NCBI RefSeq assembly: GCF_001194135.2
Contig: NC_068989.1
Span: forward strand, 74,126,622 to 74,190,533
Source: Octopus bimaculoides
Taxonomy: Eukaryota
Direction: 5' to 3'
DNA length: 63,912 nucleotides
In this document: positions 1-11,123 of the stretch, piece by piece
How the letters are laid out: each line of letters opens with the position of its first letter
Position numbering within the stretch: the stretch's first letter is position 1
Program-made: the position numbers and the translations under genes
The notes under the pieces: model-generated
Told to the model about the DNA's origin: nothing
Databases searched by the model: none
The model's input: only the letters and a program-made list of their open reading frames with translations

Positions 1-489
1 TATATTCTTTCATACAATGTATAAGCAAAAGTATACAGATGCAAACGTGTGGGATTGTTACATATGAAACTTTTTGAAGATATTTCTCCAGGGAATTATT
101 GTGTGAAATATAAAGCAGTGGTGGCTGCAAGCAATACGAATATATATCAGGGAACTCTGTTCACTGTAAATCATCTAAGGGACCTCTAGATATATAACGC
201 ATAATTTCTTCTAGATATCTTCTATTCCAATTTAGATCATTTCGTAATATGCCATACGCTGTTCTATGATTGAATTTGAATAGTATATCTCTGCCAATAC
301 TTTACTTTTTTTTCTTCTAGCATTTGCAGTGAATAGATCTTTCCTGCACATAACTCGATTGTTATTTACGTGTCAGTTTGCCATCCAATCACTTCAATGC
401 CTGCTGGAATTCAATATGAAAATATCCCCCCAAGCAAAGTTACCTTACTGTCTACGAAGTGCGATCAAGTGTTTATCTTATGCGCTGAG

Positions 490-967
490 ATAAACATTCC
501 GATATATTCGCACGTGTACACACACGCACACACACACACGCACACACACATACGCACACACACAAACATATACACACACACACACTCATACACATTATGT
601 AAGTATTATGCAGTAACAGACACTGCAACACATATATGTAATAATAATTGTATTACACAAACACACACAAAACACACTCACACATTTATATAAATACATC
701 CATATTTTCTTGCATACGTATGCATGTACGCATATATTGAGTAGATTATTTATACATATTCCTTTATTTACACATTATATTACATGTGAATGGATATGTA
801 TCTATATTTCAATCTATCCATCCGTCCATGAATCATCTATCTATCTATCTATGTGTGTGTCTATTTGTCGGTCTGTCTATCTAGGTATTATTTGCCTGTC
901 TCTCTCATTCACCGTATCTCTCTCTTTCTATCTATCTCTTTATATGTATATATCTATCTGTCTATTT

Positions 968-1030
<63 letters not shown>

Positions 1031-1075
1031 TGCGTGTGTGTGTATGTGCGTGTGTGTGTGTGTCTGGGTGTGTCC
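490..1075. repeat. Compound microsatellite field: (CA)n-rich, (TCTA)n, (TA)n, (TG)n
   Basis: Read directly; pure (TA)n run about 975-1027. Source of the H/T/Y/I/C/V low-complexity ORFs here. Confidence 0.95.
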
Positions 1076-1753
1076 ACGCATGTGCCATTGCATTGTTATC
1101 CTATGTGCACTGGAAGAAACAACAGATACAACTGTCCTTGCTGTTAAAAACAAGCTTTTATCTCTATCTGCCATTGATTGTCGATAGAAAGTTTGCTTTC
1201 AGTTTTGAGTAGGCACTTCAGATCTGCTGGACATTTCCATTCCGAAAGTTTTAATCGATTCTAGTCTTTAAAAGTGCTGTTGTACTCTTGTTGCAAAAGA
1301 AATCACAGTTATTTCATTTCATCTTGTCGGGATTCAATTTAATTGTCAGATTCGTTATGTAAACATCCCTTATGATTGCATTTTCTATTTTGTTGCGTTA
1401 CCTTAGCTGACATAAGTCTTCTTAATGCTTGCTTTCTTCATAGCATTGTGTCAAACTACCCAAAGCATTCAAGAAAGTTTCAATGTAGGACATACATACA
1501 CACTTACATGCATACATTCCTTCACACATGCATAAATACATACATACATATATACATATATGCATACACACATACGTACATAAATATAAACATACGTTCA
1601 TACATACATGAAATACATATATATGCATATGTGTGTGTATATACGTAAATACATATAAATATATATATGTACATATGTATATACATGTATATATACGTAC
1701 ATACAAGTAAATATGTTTGTATATACGTATATGTATGTACGTACGTATGTATG

Positions 1754-1787
<34 letters not shown>

Positions 1788-1912
1788 NNNNNNNNNNNNN
1801 NNNNNNNNNNNNNNNNNNNNNNNNNNNNNNNNNNNNNNNNNNNNNNNNNNNNNNNNNNNNNNNNNNNNNNNNNNNNNNNNNNNNNNNNNNNNNNNNNNNN
1901 NNNNNNNNNNNN

Positions 1913-1944
<32 letters not shown>

Positions 1945-2667
1945 CATATATATACATATATGCAACTTTAACGTCACAGTAAACCTTCTGCTGAAAGTTT
2001 TCTCACAAACAACAATCTAAGTAATGTACAGTCATTGTTATCTTTTAAACTCTCACCCTGAGCTTGCGTCTACCAGGTCAGAAGAAGATGGTTAATATAA
2101 TGATAGACGCTCTATCCATGATCATCCTGTCTTTTATGATAGAGTTTATATCAGGCAATCACATCCATTATGCACCTTTTTTCTATCGTATGAAAGAGGA
2201 AAGTATGATCTGTAAGAAAAGAAGAATCTAGTAAAGTACATATCTATGCAGGGGCTACCAACGAAATAGCATCGAGACAGCCTCAAATGAGAAAGCAGCG
2301 ATTGCTTTTCAGGAAAGGTAAGTATGTTTTAGTTATTGTCTAATACCTTGTCGACCCGCACGAAAAATATTTAAAATCTAGGGAATTCGAAACAGTATCA
2401 TTCCATTTTGGTTATAATCTTTTAAACTGTTGCAGGCGTCGAACCTCCTGGGGCATGGCCGAAAAGGTATTATTCGAAAAACATCAAAGCTAGTACTTAT
2501 GGCTTTAAAAGTCTGGTATATATTTTAACGGTCCATTTTGCCGAAGCGCTAAGACTACGGGCACATAAATAAAACAACACTGGCTGAGATGCACACACAC
2601 GCAAAAAAACATACATACACACACACATATATATGCACACACATATACATTTATATATATAAATATA

Positions 2668-2739
<72 letters not shown>

Positions 2740-2810
2740 GAATACATATATACAGGTATACATACGTAGAATATATATATGTACATACATATATATATAT
2801 ACATACATAC

Positions 2811-2843
<33 letters not shown>

Positions 2844-3844
2844 TGTATGTATCAGAGAGGTGCCACCTAGGTAGGCAATGTAGGCAGTGCCTATCTACAA
2901 TAAAATAGATCGATAGCAACCTTTTTCTCTCATGGCAAAATATGCACCTAATTCAATAAAATAATGAAGGTTAGTCTTATTACTATGCATAAAATGCAAA
3001 ATATTTTATATTTTTGTAGATTAGGTAAGCATAATTCGATCTTGTTTTTCAATCTCAGCATTTAAGCTACGCATAGTACTGCTGCTGGTACACGTGTTTC
3101 GTACATTTCTACAATACCGTTTTCTTTACGTGCTATATAGGCAGAAATAGATCTGCCTTCAACTCAGTCGCGCGCCTGTGTTTCGCGTATTTGTTGTGTG
3201 TTTTACTAAATAATGGTCACCAACTGCTTACCCTGAGTAACTACTGACGACAGCACAGTTCCTATCAACCTAATCCACTGATAAAGCATTACTAGCTGAG
3301 AAAATGTAGTAGAATACACGTTCCGAAACTGCTACGCAGTTGCACTGATTTGAAACTGAAACCTTGTGGTGGCAATATAAGATTATCCGCGCAGGCAATA
3401 CTATGCCTAAAATAACTATTACCGAGCAATATATATATACTGTTTGTTGCAATACGGTGTAATAATCATTATATTACTTGTAAGGCTGCTTGGAAAATAG
3501 GAAAACAATGATGATCTGATGTCTAATATGGACTACAGTTATTTCTCTGTTAATGAAATTATTGGTAAGATGGATTTGATATAAGTATTGTTTGGTGAAT
3601 ATTACTGGGTCTCGGCAATGATGATGTAGCTGTTCAATCAAATGAACTAGCTTCTTTTGAATTAGCGTGTGAGTGGCTTTCTACAAACAAGTGTAATTTT
3701 AACGTAATTTTCAACCAGAATCTACGTAAAACAGTATGTGACAAGATTGTTAGCTTTTGAATTACGGCGGGTTTCTAAATATTTCCGTTTACCAAATTTT
3801 ACTCATAATGTGTGAAGCGACGTAAAAATTTAGAACACGGCATA

Positions 3845-3932
3845 TGCCAAAACTGCCACTCGCAGACGTATTGAACACGAGAACAGGTGACTGCGAAGCA
3901 AACAACTTAACCATAGACCCAGAATATGCCCA
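3845..3932 (-). mobile_element. Degenerate tRNA-derived SINE head (family A)
   Basis: Reverse complement tgggtctatggttaagttgtttgcttcgcagtcacctgttctcgtgttcaatacgtctgcgagtggca aligns by eye to the family A head at 6588. Confidence 0.6.
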
Positions 3933-4411
3933 TATATATAGCTTATATTGTACCGAAAGAGATTTCTGTAATAAAACTTGTGTACATGATAACTCTTCTC
4001 TCTTTCATAACCGTAGGGAATGCATTCGAAAGATACTTAATAAAAATTGATTAAAAGAATTCTCAGTCATGCTTAAATGAAGAATTAAATCTCAAATATA
4101 TTTAAATGTTCAAGTATATCATTATATATCATATTACATCTCTTTAATTATGAAGTCATTGATGTCAGCTTTCCAACGAACCAATCAGCAGTTTATCGCC
4201 TTTATAAGGTTGGTAGATGAGAGTTGAATGTCTCTACGATTCCGAATAAATACCGCAACGTATTTCTGTTCTTAAACATTTACTTATTAATTTTATCGCC
4301 GATTCTATCACTGTCTCTTTCTATACGTTATCAAACGAGCCACACATACATATGCACAGTCAAACATATATATGCATACGTACATAGATAAATAGATAGA
4401 TAGATAGATAG

Positions 4412-4443
<32 letters not shown>

Positions 4444-4457
4444 CTATACGTATATAT

Positions 4458-4735
4458 ATGGCTGAGTGCTTAGAACGTCAGGCTAACAATCATGAGGTAG
4501 TGGTTCGATTACCGGACCGACTGTGTGTTGTGTGCTTCAGGAAGACACTTTATTTTCCCTTGCTCCAGTTCATTCAGCAGTAGAAATCAGTCGGGATGTC
4601 ACCGGTGCCAAGCTGTATCAGCTTTTGCCTTTTCCATCAGTGACATGAAGAGGGGAGGTTGTTATGCATGGTCGACCGCTAGTCTTCCATAAAGAACCTT
4701 GCCCGGATTTCTGCATCGGAGGGTAAGTTTCTAAG
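4458..4735 (+). mobile_element. tRNA-derived SINE (family D)
   Basis: A-box-like tggctgagtgctt and B-box-like ggttcgattacc; body (caccggtgccaagctgtatcagcttttg...) is shared with the copy at 45853-46185. Confidence 0.85.
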
Positions 4736-4992
4736 TATAATAAACCTAAATCTGTCCTCAAATATCTTATGCACTTGTAGCATGGAAGAAATATAAACTA
4801 GTGTTGCGAAGACTATGATATGGTCCACTTGAGAGGATATATACATACACTAAGGCGTACGCATGCACATATAGAGAAACAAAAACGCACATTTATGTAT
4901 GTATGTATGTATGTAAGTACGTACGTAGGCACGTGTGTGTATTTCTGCATGTGTGTTTGTGTACGTATGTATGTGCATGTGTGTGTATGCAT

Positions 4993-5160
4993 AATGCTGA
5001 TACATTTTTGGAAAGAATAAGCAAACTGTTAAGACATTTAGTAAAACGAGGGTATAAATATGGTAAATTGGTTAAAACTTTTAATCGTTGTTTAGGTAGA
5101 AAACATGAAATTTTAAATTAATATGGGGTAGTATCTAGTCTTCAACTTTGTAAGGATTTG
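4993..5160 (+). mobile_element. Penelope-like element (Naiad-type) reverse-transcriptase C-terminal fragment, pseudogenised
   Basis: Translates NADTFLERISKLLRHLVKRGYKYGKLVKTFNRCLGRKHEILN*YG, resembling the PLE RT thumb/C-terminus pattern F..R...L...L...GY....L..TF..F..RH..L..KY. Starts at a (GT)/(ATGT) microsatellite. Confidence 0.6.
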
Positions 5161-5164
5161 GAAG

Positions 5165-6150
5165 GATTTGGAAGGTTTACGATTCGAGTTATTTGCTTAC
5201 TACGTCACCAATATTGTTTGAGGCAGTTGAGGAAGTAGAAATTATGCTCTATGTCATCAATAGTTAAGTTAATCTTTTTAAATTCTTGGTGATGGAACTG
5301 CATGTCTTATAAAAACGTGTGTAGTTATATAACTTGTAGTGATATTATCTTTTAAACAGTTTCAATTAGTTTTAAACATAGCAATGTTTTATAATAATAG
5401 TTAACTTCCAGTACGTTTATTAGTTCCGATTTAATAAAATTTAATGTTTCTAGTAGTTACTGGTAATTTAATATAGCTTCTAGTGGTGATTCATTAATGA
5501 GTATGTAGTGCTTTTATTATTATCTTTTAAATGGGAAAATAATGTAATGTATTTCACACATAATTATTATATTATTATTTAAATTAAATTCAATCGTGTT
5601 TATTTTGTTTCGGAGAGATTTATATAAAGTTTGAGTTTTTTTTTATTTTAGTAGTAACTATGGAAGACTGGTGGGATTATTATTTATATGGACTTAAAGA
5701 CTGGTCGCGATTTAGCATATAATTTAGTTATTGCAGGTTTACTATTAATACTGATACGATGTACAATGGCTTATGTTTTTCTTTGTTTTAGCTTTATTAA
5801 AGTTAGTGAGCTTTCACTTTTATATTATACTATGGAAGACGGTAGGGAATATAATTTTTGTATGACGTAATGGATTGTTCGCTGTTTCGTTACGTATTTA
5901 TGAGTTGGTTATAATTTACTTATTGGAATTTATTTACCGATACGGTTGTACATAAGGTAAATGTGTTTGAAATATGTGGTTTCTTTGGTATGTTTGTTCC
6001 CAAACAACGCTTATTTTAGTGCTGCGGGATTGAATGGTACTGTCCAGGTGTCGAAACCATAATGATATCGGTGGGGTAGCTGATGATGGTGGTATGTTGG
6101 ATTGTTGGTATGGCTGTTTTTGTATATGTGGAATAGTATTATAACACATC
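5165..6150 (-). mobile_element. Possible decayed Penelope-like (Naiad) internal segment, inverted relative to 4993-5160
   Basis: Strong strand bias (A-rich on minus). Minus translation gives two copies of IIxP(T/P)VFHS followed once by KLTNFNK, similar to the PLE linker motif P.V.Y.Y.K.I.SKL.NY. Many stops and frameshifts. Confidence 0.3.
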
Positions 6151-6202
6151 CTTTTAATATATATGTACACACACACACACACACATACACGCGCGCGCAC
6201 AT

Positions 6203-6273
<71 letters not shown>

Positions 6274-6515
6274 CATAGATGAAGAAACATTGGTCAAAGA
6301 AGAAACATCAAGTTCGAGTCAACGACTTATATATAACACCATACCTCAAACATTTAACCATATATAAATATTACCATGGATCTTAAATATGTAAAGACAT
6401 GCTTGTTCTATGACCAATGTTTCTTTATCGTTGTCTCATTTACGCTTGAGTACTTTTTTGCAGTCCAACAAACCCTTTTGTTTCCATAAAAAGAGACGAA
6501 TATTATTTCTTTTCG

Positions 6516-6587
<72 letters not shown>

Positions 6588-6589
<2 letters not shown>

Positions 6590-6727
6590 TGCAGGAGTGG
6601 CTGTGTGGTGAGTAACTTGCTTACCAACCACATAGTTCCGGTTCAGTCCCACTGCGTGGCACCTTGGGAAAGTGCTTTCTACAAAAGCCCTGTGAATGGA
6701 TATGGTAGACGGAAACTGAAAGAAGCC

Positions 6728-6765
<38 letters not shown>

Positions 6766-6990
6766 GTATGTGTCTGTGTTTGTGTGTCTGTGTTTGTACC
6801 CCCACCATCGCTTGACAACCGATGCTGGTGTGTTTACGTCCCCGTAACATAGCGGTTCGGCAAAAGAGGCGAATACGTACTAGGCTTACAAAGAATAAGT
6901 CATGCGATCGATTTGTTCGACTAAGGGCGGTGCTCCAGAATGGTTGTAGTCAAATGACTGAAACAAATGGAAGAATAAAAGAATAAAAGA
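6588..6990 (+). mobile_element. Full-length tRNA-derived SINE (family A: tRNA-like head, internal microsatellite, 3' module, short tandem tail)
   Basis: Head ggtgcaggagtggctgtgtggt...ggttcagtccc with A/B boxes; internal (TA)/(TG) tract; 3' module ...gtcaaatgactgaaaca and aagaataa tail. Both modules recur many times in the window. Confidence 0.92.
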
Positions 6991-7051
6991 CTGAATATTT
7001 GTACGCACACAATACAAGGAACCAGAAGAAGAAACTAAAAATGACGAACAA

Positions 7052-7298
7052 TATTACGTTGGTGCATAATTATTGCAGCTTTTTTATTTTCAACAAATTT
7101 TATTCAAAAAACCAATAACAATATTTAACAAAAACATCTTTAAATGATGGTTCTGTCTGTCTTCCAAGCAAATGGGACGCAGTAACTGAAGTAGATGGTG
7201 AATATGCTCCGGAATAATCATTTAAAGATATATTTGTTACATGCTGTTATTCTTTTTGTTGAATAAAATTTGTTGAATAATTATGCACCAACCCAATA
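7052..7298 (+). mobile_element. Mariner-derived MITE (non-autonomous)
   Basis: TIRs tattacgttggtgcataattatt / aataattatgcaccaacccaata (21/23 match) with terminal TA; subterminal caacaaattttattcaa also inverted. Interior keeps the transposase C-terminus LPSKWDAVTEVDGEYAPE*. Confidence 0.9.
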
Positions 7299-7665
7299 GC
7301 AATATTTCGTTACAAGCATTATTCTCCGATATCATTTCTATGAATTTTCCTCTGGAAAAAACAAATAAATTATATTATTGTTTGTTTTATTTCCATGCTA
7401 ATAAAATTAAACGTGTTTATTTTCGACACTCATGCAGATATATAGGTTATCAAATTTTATTGAAGTCGAATTATACACGATCTAATTAATGTATATTATA
7501 TATATTTATATATATATATATACTAAGTCAGGATGCACTCAATATATCGCAGATGCATAGTGAATATTATATTAATACAACGTTATACCAGGATTTTTTG
7601 TCTGTTCATAATGTTTCACTCATACAGTCTGTCTTTCCCCTTTCCCTTTGTCTCCCTATATATGC

Positions 7666-7675
<10 letters not shown>

Positions 7676-7750
<75 letters not shown>
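7676..7750. repeat. (TG)n microsatellite
   Basis: Long pure TG run. Confidence 0.97.
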
Positions 7751-7756
<6 letters not shown>

Positions 7757-8019
7757 TTTATGTGTTTGCATATACGTATGTGTGTATGTGCGTGTATGTG
7801 TTTGTGTCAGAGAGAGGATATTCCTTTTACGCTCTCAGGATATGAAAACTCATAAACATTTGTTTCAGTTTGATTAACTCTAATCATCGATATTTATTAA
7901 TGGGCGATTGGTCAAAACCGACATCATACTTTACATCATGGCAGGATGAAATTATCGATGTTTGGTTGATTATTTTCTTAATTTCCTAAAGTTATCAATA
8001 ATTAATGCTAAAAGGCCAT

Positions 8020-8160
8020 CGTGTGGTTGGCAGGCTCTTAGGAGCGTCGGAATGCCTAAGTAACTGGCAGTAATTATTTTCAACCTTTTGCATTTTGATG
8101 TCATATCCCGCTGAGATCAACTTTGACTGTTGTCTTTTGGCTATCGATAAACTAGGGTAT
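8020..8160 (+). mobile_element. Degenerate SINE (family B)
   Basis: Weak by-eye alignment to the family B copy at 35974 (ttggcaggctcttag...gagatcaactttgac...tcgataaac). Confidence 0.45.
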
Positions 8161-8425
8161 CACTAAACGACTTTTGTCAATTTAATCAACTATTCTAGGT
8201 CACATGTTGTGTAACCTTTTATAATACATGATAAATGTTAGAAATTATAATACAAAAAACAGAATCAAAATATATCGCTGAAGACACTAGTCTTCAGCAT
8301 TTCTGAAACTTCAGCCAAACTTCTATTTTGTTATAAATATCACTACCTTGTTTCGGTAATGTCTAACTTTTTATTCCTCATACTCGCTATCGATAATGGC
8401 CCGAAACTGCTATGATCTTAGGCTG

Positions 8426-8460
8426 ATAACTGATGAGGGATGATCATGTCCACGTCTTAT
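8426..8460 (+). ncRNA. Degenerate minimal type I hammerhead ribozyme-like motif (GAA missing)
   Basis: ataa-CTGATGA-gggatgatcatgtcc-ACGTC-ttat: stem I ataa/ttat, intact CUGAUGA, GUC triplet, but no GAA of the GAAA element. Confidence 0.3.
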
Positions 8461-8554
8461 GTGTGATTTTTCTGTGGATGCTTTGTCGTCCTTCTGTGCA
8501 ATTTTTCACTCTTCCCCTCTCTCTCTCTTCTCTGTGTACATGTGTGTGTGTGCA

Positions 8555-8598
<44 letters not shown>

Positions 8599-8862
8599 TA
8601 TATAAATTTAAAGGAGGGTGACCAGTTGTTTGCTGCTAGACAGGTGTAAGATGGGCCTTGATACACTTCGGCTGGATCAATTGCGCGTGGGGTCTGATCT
8701 TGGAATACCCGAAACTCGCTTAGACTCTGGAAACATTACTGAGATGTATCTTCAAACTAATTTTATACATACATAAATGCATGTTGATGCAAACAAGAAA
8801 AATGGAACTCAAAATATGAGTGTATGTATATTTTCATTAATATATAGAAGTAACAGTGACCG

Positions 8863-8924
8863 AAGATCTGAGAGTTTGGTGTGTTGGCGCTTGTCAGTGC
8901 CAACGCATGAAATTCTCGGACCTT
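8863..8924 (+). ncRNA. Candidate pre-miRNA-like hairpin
   Basis: Paired by hand: 28 stem positions with no bulges (21 Watson-Crick, 5 G:U, 2 mismatches) and a 6-nt loop UUGUCA. A short basal stem (8856-8860 with 8927-8930) extends it. Confidence 0.45.
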
Positions 8925-9022
8925 GAGTACACATACACGCACACAGATATATATATATATATATATACACAATACACATACATACATAGATACATATATG
9001 TTTGCGTGTGTGTGAGTGTATG

Positions 9023-9059
<37 letters not shown>

Positions 9060-9244
9060 CCGAGCAAGCAAGTTTTTCTAACAAAACTGTCCGATGAACG
9101 GGAACGTGAAACTCCGAGTATCAGCTTTTTGTTATATTTCAGAATAATTGAGACAAGAGTAAAATATTAGATATATAATAACTAATATTGAGGGGGTGTG
9201 ATATGTTCAGTCGTTAACCCAGTCCTTTTATTCTATAACTAATA

Positions 9245-9271
9245 TATATAGATAGATAGATGGATAGATAC

Positions 9272-9331
<60 letters not shown>

Positions 9332-9362
9332 GTAGGTAGGTAGGTAGGTAGGTAGATAGATA
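9245..9362. repeat. (ATAG)n/(GTAG)n tetranucleotide microsatellite
   Basis: Read directly. Confidence 0.95.
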
Positions 9363-10049
9363 TCATATGTAGGTAGAGAAAAATCCAAGCAGTATCTTCT
9401 TGCATCACCTCTACTTACTGCAGAATTACAAAATTACAAAACCATATATAATTTGTGTCGTTGTCATATTAATGTGAGATATACATTACTTGCAGAGTTA
9501 TTATATAACAAAATAGGAAGTTTGAAAATTACACCCCCNNNNNNNNNNNNTATATATATATATATATATATATATGATGATGAAGAGATCATATGTAACA
9601 AAGAAAAAGCTACTAATTTCTATTCATACGTATACTTTTGTTTACATTTACGTCTAGGAAAACCGAGGGAAAATAATTTGTAGACATTCATTGTTTTCTC
9701 AAATTCGAAATAATTTAGATTTCATTTCAGATTTAGGCTAATTATTTTCCAGAATAATGGTTATTTCCTAGCTGCGAAACCAGTTATCTAATATAGACTC
9801 ACCCACACATATTTCCCAACGCGTACAAATACGCCAACATACGCAGATGTGTGGAAAATTTGTCTGACACTTTGTGGATTAACTCCGCTGTTCTCTCTGT
9901 CTCTCTGTCGATCACTATCTCTCTCCATTCGTCTGTGTTTCCATATCTCTCTTTTATATATATATATATATATATATATTTTTTATTTTTTTCATATATA
10001 TGCATGTAGATATGTGTGTGTGTGTATGGATGTATGTATTTGTTGTTTA

Positions 10050-10232
10050 TGTCTGTGTTTATCCCCCACCATCGTTGGTGTATTTACGTCCCCATTACTT
10101 AACGGTTCAGTAAATAGAGACCGATAGAATAAGTACTGAGCTTACAAAGAATAAGAGCTGGAGTCGATTTATTCAACAAACAGTGATGCTTCAGCGTGGC
10201 CGCAATGAAATGACTGAAACAATTAAAAGAGA
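10050..10232 (+). mobile_element. SINE family A, 3' module
   Basis: cccccaccatcg...tttacgtcccc...gagaccgatagaataagtact...aatgactgaaacaattaaaaga; matches 6780-6990 and 17204-17392. Confidence 0.85.
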
Positions 10233-10264
10233 GAGAGTGTGTATAAGAAGGAGGTGTATTTGAC

Positions 10265-10900
10265 ACTCGGAAAAGAGAAAGTGTCTTTTACGTTTCGAGC
10301 CTTCGCTCTTCAATAGAAAGGAATAATAGAGAATAAAACAGAAATAGAAAAAAAAAAACCCTGTAGATTTAGCAGTAAATCATGGTGATTAAATAGAATA
10401 AAAGTTTGAAAGAAGAGGCTGGACGAAAGGGAGATAATGATGTAATAATGTGATGGTGATCCCATATGGAGGCGCGCGCGCGTGTGTTTGTAAGTGTGTG
10501 TATGTGAGAATGGTACATGTCAATGTGTAAGTGTGTGTGTGGGCAAATAGGGGCTAGTGTCTTTGACGTGTGTGGATGTGTGCGTGTGTAAGTGTGTGCA
10601 TCTATAGCGTGTGGCTGCTCATATAGTGGTATGTGTGGTGACGCTACTGAAGAGTGTGTGGGTGTGTGGATGACGGTGTGTGGTGTGGGTGCTGGGAAGT
10701 TATCAGCGCTAGCGTGTGGAGTAGCGTGGGTTGGTGTAGTGGTGCAGCGTGGGGTGGGAATAGGGAGTGGGTGGGGTTCGTGGATGTAGGTAGACGTGTG
10801 GTGTGGGGGTTTCAACGAAGAGAGGGGGTGGGTTGGAGTGAAGAGAAGAAGTAGGTGTCGGATGAAGAGGGGAAATAGGTGTCAGATGAAGAGATGAAGT
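10265..10900 (-). mobile_element. Penelope-like element 3' end (C/A-rich tail ending in a hammerhead motif)
   Basis: On minus, a long C/A-rich tract is followed by a pyrimidine-rich tract and a minimal hammerhead-like fold. Same layout as 52720-53215. Confidence 0.55.
10285..10320 (-). ncRNA. Minimal type I hammerhead ribozyme motif (core mutated)
   Basis: Minus strand: cttt-CTATTGA-a-GAGC gaag GCTC-GAAA-CGTA-aaag. Stem I cttt/aaag and stem II GAGC/GCTC are perfect, with GAAA and a GUA triplet; core reads CUAUUGA instead of CUGAUGA. Confidence 0.6.
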
Positions 10901-10907
10901 AGGAATG

Positions 10908-11123
10908 CTCTATACCTTCCGAAGGAGTTAACACAATCCTTTATATATTAACCAAAATGAAGTAGATTGACAAAATTATTTGTTGAACCTGTTGAAGACA
11001 CAAGATATGGGAATATCGTTCACCAGATGACAATGGTACTCTTCTTTTAATTTTGACTCTACATCTTCCGGAGGTGTTACCTCAATCCTTTTTATATTAA
11101 CCAAAATGAAGTAGATTGACAAA

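Noticed and set aside
2852-2900. cagagaggtgccacctaggtaggca... as a hAT-type TIR
   Set aside because: No matching opposite end or TSD found.
3600-3750. DDVAV...ACEWLSTNKCNFNV resembling a CR1/L2 RT segment (similar hints at 41990-42690)
   Set aside because: Too short and degenerate to support without a profile search.
5860-5905. SECIS element after the Naiad-like fragment (ATGA-led hairpin)
   Set aside because: No apical AA and no GA on the 3' side to form the kink-turn quartet.
6045-6100. Type II hammerhead (GAAAC ... CTGATGA)
   Set aside because: Cleavage position would be G, and stems I and II cannot be formed.
8277-8298. 9-bp hairpin containing CTGAAGA
   Set aside because: The core motif is itself inside the stem; hairpins this short are expected by chance.
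10369-10815. 148-aa His/Pro/Thr-rich ORF
   Set aside because: Product of the C/A-rich tail of a Penelope-like repeat; no domain features.
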